Position numbers and translations under genes: made by a program. Below, piece after piece: positions 26,051-33,310 of a stretch of 44,518 nt of DNA (positions are counted from its first letter, which is position 1; each line of letters opens with the position of its first letter). Under the pieces are notes generated by a model. The model saw only the letters and a list, made by a program, of their open reading frames with translations. It did not search any database and was not told the DNA's origin. Origin of the DNA: Bacteroidia bacterium (lineage in GTDB: Bacteria > Bacteroidota > Bacteroidia > UKL13-3); assembly GCA_044360615.1 (NCBI GenBank), contig JBIKKC010000002.1, forward strand, positions 1-44,518, in the 5' to 3' direction.

Positions 26051-28489
26051 ATGCGTTTAACTATTCTATCAATTATTCTTCTTTATTTTCTTCCAAACAC
26101 AAATGCACAAACCACAGAAAAGAAAAATTGCTATGCAGGTGTATTTGTTAACGACATTTCAAGTATAGATGCCAAAATTGGCTTTGCCACAATGAATTTT
26201 GATGTTTGGCTAAAATGGGAAGGTGATGTAATGGATTACCCTAAAATAATTATCAATAATATTTATGAGGAAACAACTGTAGAATTAGAAACTATACACG
26301 ATGATGAAACCAATTGGAACCTAAAACGATTTAATGTGAGAGGCAATTTGACTTGTCCATGGAATGTTCAATACTACCCCTTCGATCACCACAAGTTAAA
26401 CTTCAATATCATGATTGATGATTTGAGTTATGAAAAATGGGAATTAAAACCTGCTTTATCTAATAGTGGCTTAAGTAATGTAAATACGGTAACAGATTGG
26501 GAGGTATATCCTACTTTGATGGTGGGTTATGATACCATAAGAAACAAGCATATTTCTTTGGATCAATCTACAGACATTCCCAAAAAAGAAATGGTGATAT
26601 TTTATGTTGAAATAAAAAGACCACTATTACCTCAGTTTACTAAAATTATTGGTCCGCTTATTTTAATTACCTTAATTGGCTTATTAGCTTTGGCTATACC
26701 AGTTAAAGAATTAGAAGTTAGAACTGCATTTGCCTTTACCGCCTTATTATCCATAGTTGCCTACCAATTTACTACTGCAGATTCTACCCCAGATGTTTCT
26801 TACTTAACTATCTTGGATTATGTGTTTATCTTTGGATATATTTTTGTAGGCACATCGCTATTTATAGTTTGGGGGTGTTCCATTGTTCCAGAAGAAAGAG
26901 GTCAAAAAATCAGTAATCTTTCATTCCGATTTTTTATTCCTACCTATTTGCTTTTAAATACATTTATTATTGTTACTAAATACGTAGAATCAATTACAGG
27001 GATTCCTCAAAAGGAAGCTCAGTTTGCCAACACAAGTTTCCTAAATAGAGCAGATACATTGGTGATGCATAATTTTAGGCAAAGAACCCTTGTCAATTTA
27101 AATTATTTTTGGTTACCAAATCTTCAGGAAAGTAAAGGTGAAAATGATGTAAATTATATATTACCTGAGTATCCTTCCTTTAAAAACAATTATGTGTACT
27201 TACTTAGTGATGGTAAAATGGAGGTTTTTTGGCCAATGTATGATAATCTACAATGGAGTGATGGCAATATTTTGAGTGCCGAAGACATTGAATTTGGATA
27301 TAAAGTTGAACCAGATTCTATGATTTATTCAATAGAAATATTGCGAAGAGATTTATTAAAAATAACTTATAAAGAGCGCGTGTTTCAGCCACAACAAAGG
27401 AACTTACCAATATACCCAAAACACTTTTATAAAAATATGTTATCAACTTACGGAAAAGATTCGGTTAAGAATCACCGTAAAATATTCCCAGCACCTGGTT
27501 ATGGCCCGTATTATGTAGTTTCAAAAGATGACAAAAAAGTTCATTTAAAGTACAATCCTTTTTGCCCTAATAATATTAGTGAATTTAAAAACATTTTGAT
27601 TGAAATTGTTCCTAATGATACCAATGTTTTAAAAAGTGGAAGGGCAGATTTATTCATTAAAAACGCCATTCTACCTGAATTTTTCTTATCGCAACTGAAT
27701 AATGAAAATAGTCCTTACCAAAATAAGATTAGCTCATCAGAAGACAATATTGTTTTGGTTAATAGCTTTGATGTAACAAATGGAAACCATGCAGCATTAA
27801 GCAATGCAATTAGCAAATTTTTCAATAGACAAGAGTTTGTAGACAAATTCTTTGGTTCAAAACTATTATCAGAACCAGTGTATTGGCCATTGAGTAAAAA
27901 TACCAAATACTACGATAGCACTTGCTTGCATTGCGATGAATTTGACAAAACTAAAATTCTAAAAATTTTAAATGCAAGTGGATATCAATATAAAAACGAT
28001 GTTTTATTGAATCAAAAAGGAGAACAAGTAGCATTAAACTTTTTTAGATTAGATAAAAATAGGGTGCCCAAAAACTTAATTAGCATGTATGATTATACCA
28101 TTGTTAGATTGGCGTCACTAGGCATTAAGGTCAATGTTGTTAATTTATTGTATCCAGAGGAACGGTTTAAAGCAGTAGCCAATACGCCAGGATTTTCTGT
28201 GTTTTTAGAATACTCCATGAATGAGGAGATTTTAATGGATTGGACCTTAAACCTAAAACATAAAGATAAATTAATGGAAAATTTATATAGACGATTTGAT
28301 AGGGAAGTAATTAAAGATTTAAGAGCCTTATTAGGGCGAAGGATGATTAATTATCAAACCACACAAACACACGTTTTTGTGCCAATTTGCTCATTAAAAG
28401 CAAGAGATACCTTTAAAAGAGCACTTGCTACAAAAAGGGTTTTACCATTTAGCACCATTGAGGATTTGTATAAATATACCAATTATTAA
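26051..28489 (+). CDS. pentameric ligand-gated ion channel (GLIC/ELIC-like) fused C-terminally to a family-5 periplasmic solute-binding domain
   Basis: 812 aa. Signal peptide (res 1-20). ECD motifs VFVNDISSIDAKIGFATMNFDVWLKWEGD and YPFDHHKLNFNI. Pre-M1 R plus M1 (KRPLLPQFTKIIGPLILITLIG), M2 (EVRTAFAFTALLSIVAYQF), M3 (YLTILDYVFIFGYIFVGTSLFIV), M4 (FRFFIPTYLLLNTFIIV, ends ~nt 26980). Then SBP_bac_5 hallmarks LQWSDGNILSAEDIEFGY and GYGPYYVVSKDDKKVHLKYNPF. Confidence 0.8.
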   Translation: MRLTILSIILLYFLPNTNAQTTEKKNCYAGVFVNDISSIDAKIGFATMNFDVWLKWEGDVMDYPKIIINNIYEETTVELETIHDDETNWNLKRFNVRGNLTCPWNVQYYPFDHHKLNFNIMIDDLSYEKWELKPALSNSGLSNVNTVTDWEVYPTLMVGYDTIRNKHISLDQSTDIPKKEMVIFYVEIKRPLLPQFTKIIGPLILITLIGLLALAIPVKELEVRTAFAFTALLSIVAYQFTTADSTPDVSYLTILDYVFIFGYIFVGTSLFIVWGCSIVPEERGQKISNLSFRFFIPTYLLLNTFIIVTKYVESITGIPQKEAQFANTSFLNRADTLVMHNFRQRTLVNLNYFWLPNLQESKGENDVNYILPEYPSFKNNYVYLLSDGKMEVFWPMYDNLQWSDGNILSAEDIEFGYKVEPDSMIYSIEILRRDLLKITYKERVFQPQQRNLPIYPKHFYKNMLSTYGKDSVKNHRKIFPAPGYGPYYVVSKDDKKVHLKYNPFCPNNISEFKNILIEIVPNDTNVLKSGRADLFIKNAILPEFFLSQLNNENSPYQNKISSSEDNIVLVNSFDVTNGNHAALSNAISKFFNRQEFVDKFFGSKLLSEPVYWPLSKNTKYYDSTCLHCDEFDKTKILKILNASGYQYKNDVLLNQKGEQVALNFFRLDKNRVPKNLISMYDYTIVRLASLGIKVNVVNLLYPEERFKAVANTPGFSVFLEYSMNEEILMDWTLNLKHKDKLMENLYRRFDREVIKDLRALLGRRMINYQTTQTHVFVPICSLKARDTFKRALATKRVLPFSTIEDLYKYTNY

Positions 28490-28536
28490 TTTATATAAAC
28501 TTGTTGCCTAAGTTGGGGAATATTATCTTTGATTCC

Positions 28537-29685
28537 ATGTTATTTTTGCGAATTTTTCTACTTTTTCCTTTTCTATATTGTTTGAACCTAAGCGCCCAAA
28601 CCTTTACCATTGAAGATGGTGACACCATTAATTTAACACAAGCCAATGGTAAAAAGCATGGTTTTTGGCGTTACTTCTGGCCCAATGGCGATCTTAAATA
28701 TGAAGTTTATTATGAGAATGGCGAAAAGGAAGGTCTAGAAATAAGTTATTATGATGGGCAAGATTGTATAGAATATTCTAATACCTATCACAATGGCGTT
28801 TTGGATGGACCACGTGTTATGTTTTACCCCAATTGCTCTACCCGTGTTGAAGAAATTTATAAAGCAGGTTTAAAAGATGGTTATGAAAGAAATTACGATC
28901 AAAATGGATTTCTTTTAACCGAAGGCAGTTTTAGCAAAGGTGAATTAGATGGAAGCTATGCTCATTATGATAAAAAAGGAATTGTAACCTATGAAAGTCC
29001 AACAAAAGAAACTACTTTAAAATTTGACAAGTTCTTAAGCGGTGAGTATAAAATTAGAGACTCGACAATCTTCAACGTTTTTAAGAGAAATAAAGAATGG
29101 AAGAAAGTAATGCTAGTTGTAGATATGACAGGCAGCATGTTTCCATATATTGGGCAAATGCTAGTTTGGTATAAACTAAACTATGAAGATGGGCGCGTTA
29201 AATACTTTGTTCTTTTTAATGATGGAGATAATACCCCAGATGAAAAAAAAGTAGTGGGCAGAACAGGAGGAGTGCACTCGTTTGAAGCCAAAGATTATAG
29301 AAAACTTAAGAAGGATATTGAAGATGTGAGAAAAATGGGTGAAGGGGGTGATGACCCAGAAAATGATTTGGAAGCTATAACCACCGCGATGATTGCTTAT
29401 AGAGATTATACCGACATTGTGTTGTTGGCCGATGAAAGCAATGTTAGAGATATGGCTTTGCTAAAAAGAATAAAGAAGCCGATACATATAATTATGTGTG
29501 GTACAAAAAAAGGCATTAACGACCAATACCTTAAAATTGCATTTCAAACAAAAGGGAGTTTTCATACTACTTCTAATGATATAGATATGAAAAAACTAAA
29601 AGATGGAGAAGAATTCCAAGTTGACAGAGATATATTTAGATTAAGCGGTGGAAACTTTATTTGGGTAGATACCGTTGAAGATTAG
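28537..29685 (+). CDS. secreted MORN-variant-repeat protein with C-terminal vWA-like domain
   Basis: Signal peptide MLFLRIFLLFPFLYCLNLSAQ. About five G-x-[KL]-[HED]-G...Y..NG repeats (GKKHGFWRYFWPNGDLKYEVYYENGEKEG...). C-terminal VMLVVDMTGSM (MIDAS-like DxTxS), GGDDPENDLEAI and VLLADE. Confidence 0.65.
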   Translation: MLFLRIFLLFPFLYCLNLSAQTFTIEDGDTINLTQANGKKHGFWRYFWPNGDLKYEVYYENGEKEGLEISYYDGQDCIEYSNTYHNGVLDGPRVMFYPNCSTRVEEIYKAGLKDGYERNYDQNGFLLTEGSFSKGELDGSYAHYDKKGIVTYESPTKETTLKFDKFLSGEYKIRDSTIFNVFKRNKEWKKVMLVVDMTGSMFPYIGQMLVWYKLNYEDGRVKYFVLFNDGDNTPDEKKVVGRTGGVHSFEAKDYRKLKKDIEDVRKMGEGGDDPENDLEAITTAMIAYRDYTDIVLLADESNVRDMALLKRIKKPIHIIMCGTKKGINDQYLKIAFQTKGSFHTTSNDIDMKKLKDGEEFQVDRDIFRLSGGNFIWVDTVED

Positions 29686-29687
29686 TT

Positions 29688-31631
29688 ATGAAAATTATAC
29701 TTGCATCCAAATCGCCACGCAGGCAAGAATTGATTAAAGGGCTTGAACTTGACTACAGCATAGTAACCTATGAAGTAGATGAATCGTTTGATGCAAGTTT
29801 AACACCGGATAAAATTGCCAGCAGCTTAGCTATTAAAAAAGCAGAGCATTACCCGGGTAAGTTATCTAAGGATGAATTATTATTAACAGCAGATACTATT
29901 GTTTGGATCAACCATACAGTATTAAATAAGCCAAGTAATAAAGCAGAAGCTCTAGAAATGTTACAACAAATTTGTGGCGAAACCCACTCCGTGTATACTG
30001 GAGTTTGCCTAAGAACAGAAAATAAAACCATCAGCTTTTCCGAAAAAAGTGAAGTAAGCTGCAAACAATTAAACCTTAAAGAAATGGAACATTATATAGA
30101 TAATTATAAACCTTACGACAAAGCTGGGAGCTATGGCATACAAGATTGGTTTGGATACACCGCAGTAGAACGCATTAATGGTTGCTTCTATAATGTTATG
30201 GGTTTACCAGTGAGTAAAATTTATGAGGTGCTAAAAAAAGAGTTTGGACTAACCCTCCTAATGCTGTTTATGAGCTTCGTTGGTTTTTCTCAAACTAGAA
30301 CAGTTATTGAGGGTAAACTGCCAGCAAAAAAAGGACAAGCAATGTTACAATTCTTTGCTAACCCTTTCGACAATGAGCCAACCAATAGAAATTTTGAAAT
30401 TGGAGAAGATGGTAATTTTAAAGAGGTAATGAACATGAGTGAAGGCCAAATGATTGCATTTGTAGATGCAAAAGACTTCATGCGATTTTACATTAAACCA
30501 GGGGATAGTTTAAACCTAAGTATTGACCCAAAAGATGCACAAAAGCTGGTAATTAGTGGAAAAGGAAATAAAGATGCCATTTTTGGATACAAACAATTTC
30601 TACATTTTAAAAACACGACAGAAAGTATAGAATTTCAAAAAATTATTGGCATTAAAATGAATATGCTAAGTCCACAAGCATTTAAGTTTTGGGCAGATAG
30701 CATTGTAAAAGAAAAGCAAAGTTTTCTTCAAGCCAATGGACAAAGTTTAAGTAGCGAAGCAAAACTACAAATAGGTGCAGAGAATTTTTATGAGTTTGAA
30801 AATTTGAAACTTACCTATCCTCAATATTATGAAAACAGAAGAAAAAGTAATTCTACATTACCTACCTTAGATGCCAGCTACTTCGATTTTCTTAAGAATG
30901 TAGATTTGAACCAAAGTAAAATAATGCATTCACCTCAATATAGAACATTTCAAAAATTGAATCTTATTAAAGCTATCAATGACAATGGCCAAAAATTAAC
31001 TATTGTAGAGATATGGAAATATTGTGAAACCTTTTTTAAGGGAGAGGTCTTAAAAATCTTCCGCTTACATATTTGGGCAGATATTGTTTACAATAGCACC
31101 CCAGAAGATGCAGGTAGTCTTTACAAATTGGCTCAAGCCGAATGTCAAAACTTACCAGGTTACACTACAGTTGAGGCTGCATATTTAGATAAATTACCAT
31201 TTACTGTGGGATCAAAAGCCTATCCATTTAAGATGAAAGACGCACAAGGTAATTTAATAAGCTTAGAGGATTTTAAAGGTAAGGTAGTTTATTTAGATTT
31301 TTGGGCAAGCTGGTGCAGGCCTTGTTTAGGAGAAATACCTGCTGGAGAAGAACTCAAAAAATACTTTGCCGGAAAGGATGTAGTATTTATTAATATTTCG
31401 ATAGATGAAGGAGAGCAGAATTGGATTGCAGCAAAAAATCGCTACAGTATCAGTGGCATTCATTTACTTTCTAACAATGGCAATAGCCCAGAGGTTCAAA
31501 AAAAATACAAAGTAACTAGTATTCCATCTTATTTCTTAATTGGTAAAGATGGCAATTTCATTTCGGCTCCTGCACCAAGGCCAAGTGCACCCAATATTTA
31601 CAATATGATTGAAGACGCGCTAAAGAAATAG
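29688..31631 (+). CDS. maf: in-frame fusion of Maf nucleoside-triphosphate pyrophosphatase (res 1-~187) and a signal-peptide-bearing TlpA/ResA-like thiol:disulfide oxidoreductase (res ~181-647)
   Basis: Maf motifs ILASKSPRRQELI, LLTADTIV, DKAGSYGIQD, NVMGLPV. Junction KKEFGLTLLMLFMSFVGFSQ looks like a signal peptide. C-terminal thioredoxin fold FWASWCRPC...VTSIPSYFLIGKDGNF. No in-frame stop between the two parts. Confidence 0.7.
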   Translation: MKIILASKSPRRQELIKGLELDYSIVTYEVDESFDASLTPDKIASSLAIKKAEHYPGKLSKDELLLTADTIVWINHTVLNKPSNKAEALEMLQQICGETHSVYTGVCLRTENKTISFSEKSEVSCKQLNLKEMEHYIDNYKPYDKAGSYGIQDWFGYTAVERINGCFYNVMGLPVSKIYEVLKKEFGLTLLMLFMSFVGFSQTRTVIEGKLPAKKGQAMLQFFANPFDNEPTNRNFEIGEDGNFKEVMNMSEGQMIAFVDAKDFMRFYIKPGDSLNLSIDPKDAQKLVISGKGNKDAIFGYKQFLHFKNTTESIEFQKIIGIKMNMLSPQAFKFWADSIVKEKQSFLQANGQSLSSEAKLQIGAENFYEFENLKLTYPQYYENRRKSNSTLPTLDASYFDFLKNVDLNQSKIMHSPQYRTFQKLNLIKAINDNGQKLTIVEIWKYCETFFKGEVLKIFRLHIWADIVYNSTPEDAGSLYKLAQAECQNLPGYTTVEAAYLDKLPFTVGSKAYPFKMKDAQGNLISLEDFKGKVVYLDFWASWCRPCLGEIPAGEELKKYFAGKDVVFINISIDEGEQNWIAAKNRYSISGIHLLSNNGNSPEVQKKYKVTSIPSYFLIGKDGNFISAPAPRPSAPNIYNMIEDALKK

Positions 31632-31650
31632 TTTCAAATACACTTATCCC

Positions 31651-31701
31651 ATGAATCACCTGATGGTTTGCCCAAAGTGCGCCTATGAATGGAACACATA
31701 A
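31651..31701 (+). pseudogene. possible remnant of a yjdM/phnA-type zinc-ribbon gene (16 codons)
   Basis: MNHLMVCPKCAYEWNT-stop. VCPKCAYEWN resembles the second zinc knuckle (ICPECAYEWND) of E. coli YjdM as I recall it. Nothing YjdM-like follows. Confidence 0.2.
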
Positions 31702-31707
31702 AACAAA

Positions 31708-31736
31708 AAGTGCCAGGCTTTGGGGGCATGGCACTT
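31708..31736. terminator. hairpin between the convergent Maf::TlpA and pfkB-family genes
   Basis: AAGTGCCA-N13-TGGCACTT (8-bp stem), A-rich on the left and TAAAA on the right. A weak bidirectional terminator candidate. Confidence 0.4.
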
Positions 31737-31759
31737 AAAAGTGAGTTTGTAAAGAAAGT

Positions 31760-32698
31760 TTAATTTCCTGAACCTAAGTTAGCGCCAATATTAAAGCGAA
31801 CTAGGTTTTTAAAGGCTGTAATACGGTCGTCTAATTCTCTTTGGCTTAAATCTATGATGCGTTCTGTGCCAAAACGTTCTACACAGAAAGAAGCCATGGC
31901 TGAGCCATAAATAATGGCATTTTTCATATTTTCAAAGCTGATGTCGCCTGTTTTAGCTAGATAACCAATGAAACCACCCGCAAAGGTGTCGCCGGCACCA
32001 GTTGGGTCAAATACTTCTTCTAAAGGCAAGGCTGGTGCAAAAAACACTTGTTTACCATGGAATAATAAAGCGCCATTCTCACCTTTTTTAATAATTAAGT
32101 ACTTAGGGCCCATTTCCTGAATTTTAGCGGCTGCTTTCACCAAAGAATATTCGCCAGAAAGTTGACGCGCTTCTTCGTCGTTAATAGACAATACATCTAC
32201 CATGGTAAGTGTCTTGCGTAAATCATCCATTGCTACTTCCATCCAAAAATTCATGGTATCCATAACAATAAGCCTTGGGCGTTTAACCAAACGCTCAATT
32301 ACAGTTTGTTGCACCATTGGGGTTAAATTACCAAGCATTAAGTACTCGCAATTTTGGTAAGCATCTGGTACAATTGGGTCAAAATTGCCAAGGACATTTA
32401 ATTCTGTAACCAAAGTATCTCTAGAATTCATATCTGTATGGTATTTGCCACTCCAGAAAAAGGATTTTTCACCTTCTTTAATTTGCAAACCTTCTGTGTT
32501 TACACCATGTTTATTAAGGTGTTGTACAAAACTATCTGGAAAATCCTCTCCTACTACAGCAACTAAATTGGTGCTTTGTGTAAAGTAAGAAGCAGCTAAT
32601 GAAATGTAAGAAGCGGCGCCACCTACAATTTTATCGGTTTTCCCGAAAGGCGTTTCAATGGCGTCAAACGCCACACTACCAACAACTAATAAACTCAT
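31760..32698 (-). CDS. PfkB-family carbohydrate/nucleoside kinase
   Basis: 312 aa. N-terminal LVVGSVAFD, GGAA.Y, and the C-terminal DPTGAGDTFAGGFIGYLA ATP-binding signature. Confidence 0.85.
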   Translation of the reverse strand: MSLLVVGSVAFDAIETPFGKTDKIVGGAASYISLAASYFTQSTNLVAVVGEDFPDSFVQHLNKHGVNTEGLQIKEGEKSFFWSGKYHTDMNSRDTLVTELNVLGNFDPIVPDAYQNCEYLMLGNLTPMVQQTVIERLVKRPRLIVMDTMNFWMEVAMDDLRKTLTMVDVLSINDEEARQLSGEYSLVKAAAKIQEMGPKYLIIKKGENGALLFHGKQVFFAPALPLEEVFDPTGAGDTFAGGFIGYLAKTGDISFENMKNAIIYGSAMASFCVERFGTERIIDLSQRELDDRITAFKNLVRFNIGANLGSGN

Positions 32699-32782
32699 GA
32701 ATATATTTTTTTAAATTTTTATGCTGCAAATATTGCGTAAATTAAAATCAATTCCTATCATTGCATCCCCGAAAGGGAAAAT

Positions 32783-32856
32783 TCCTTCTTAGCTCAGCTG
32801 GTTAGAGCACATGACTGTTAATCATGGGGTCCCTGGTTCGAGCCCAGGAGAGGGAG
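32783..32856 (+). tRNA. tRNA-Asn (anticodon GTT)
   Basis: Hand-folded. Acceptor TCCTTCT/AGAGGGA (one G-U pair). D arm GCTC-AGCTGGTTA-GAGC. Anticodon arm CATGA-CTGTTAA-TCATG. T arm CCTGG-TTCGAGC-CCAGG. Discriminator G. Confidence 0.9.
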
Positions 32857-32859
32857 CTA

Positions 32860-32885
32860 AAGCCGACAGTCCGTCGGCTTTTTTT
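32860..32885 (+). terminator. rho-independent terminator after tRNA-Asn
   Basis: AAGCCGAC-AGTCC-GTCGGCTT followed by a T run. An identical hairpin recurs at 34985-35012. Confidence 0.75.
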
Positions 32886-32898
32886 ATTTAAAAGAGTT

Positions 32899-33204
32899 AT
32901 GTATTACGTTTATATATTATATTCAGAAATAGCTGATAAATATTACGTAGGTCATTCTTTAGACCCATGGTCTCGATTGGAGCAACATTTGAGTAATTCT
33001 GGTGATAAATATACTGGTAGTTATAAAGACTGGAAATTGGCAGGTGTATTTGAAGTATCTCCAAATAAAGGTGAGGCAGATAAAATTGAAAAATTTATTA
33101 AACGACAAAAAAGTAGGAACTTAATAGAAAGGATATTGGATGCCAATTTTGTTGGAACTGGGGAGTTAGCTCAGCTGGTTAGAGTCCCGCACGTGCGGGA
33201 TTAA
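32899..33204 (+). CDS. small GIY-YIG (URI-domain) nuclease-family protein
   Basis: 101 aa from ATG 32899: MYYVYILYS....KYYVGHS.D...RL.QH, ..EADKIEKFIKRQKSR. The track ORF start at 32824 lies inside tRNA-Asn and is rejected. The last ~14 codons and the TAA stop are encoded by the pseudo-tRNA-Asn sequence. Confidence 0.8.
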   Translation: MYYVYILYSEIADKYYVGHSLDPWSRLEQHLSNSGDKYTGSYKDWKLAGVFEVSPNKGEADKIEKFIKRQKSRNLIERILDANFVGTGELAQLVRVPHVRD

Positions 33205-33240
33205 TCATGGGGTCCCTGGTTCGAGCCCAGGAGAGGGAGC
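33166..33240 (+). pseudogene. rearranged tRNA-Asn pseudogene
   Basis: 33166-33184 equals the tRNA-Asn D-arm region (TTAGCTCAGCTGGTTAGAG). 33201-33240 equals the tRNA-Asn from the anticodon loop to the 3' end. The 10 nt CACATGACTG are replaced by the perfect 16-nt palindrome TCCCGCACGTGCGGGA. The 5' acceptor strand (GGGGAGT) cannot pair with AGAGGGA. Confidence 0.7.
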
Positions 33241-33251
33241 AATAAAAGAGA

Positions 33252-33279
33252 AAGCCTCGCAGCAATGTGGGGCTTTTTT
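33252..33279 (+). terminator. hairpin plus T6 after the pseudo-tRNA/GIY-YIG gene
   Basis: AAGCCTCG-N8-TGGGGCTT (8 bp including two G-U pairs) followed by TTTTTG. Confidence 0.5.
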
Positions 33280-33310
33280 GTGTTTACATGCTTGGGACAA
33301 TTTCATATTC

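Noticed and set aside
11876-31631. Whole EPS region as a horizontally acquired island
   Set aside because: I saw no flanking tRNA, direct repeats, integrase or transposase. By eye the base composition does not stand out from the flanks. This cannot be quantified without computation.
32824-32898. N-terminal 25-codon extension of the GIY-YIG ORF given in the track
   Set aside because: The extension is encoded by the tRNA-Asn T arm and its terminator hairpin. The GIY-YIG domain starts at MYYVYIL (ATG 32899).
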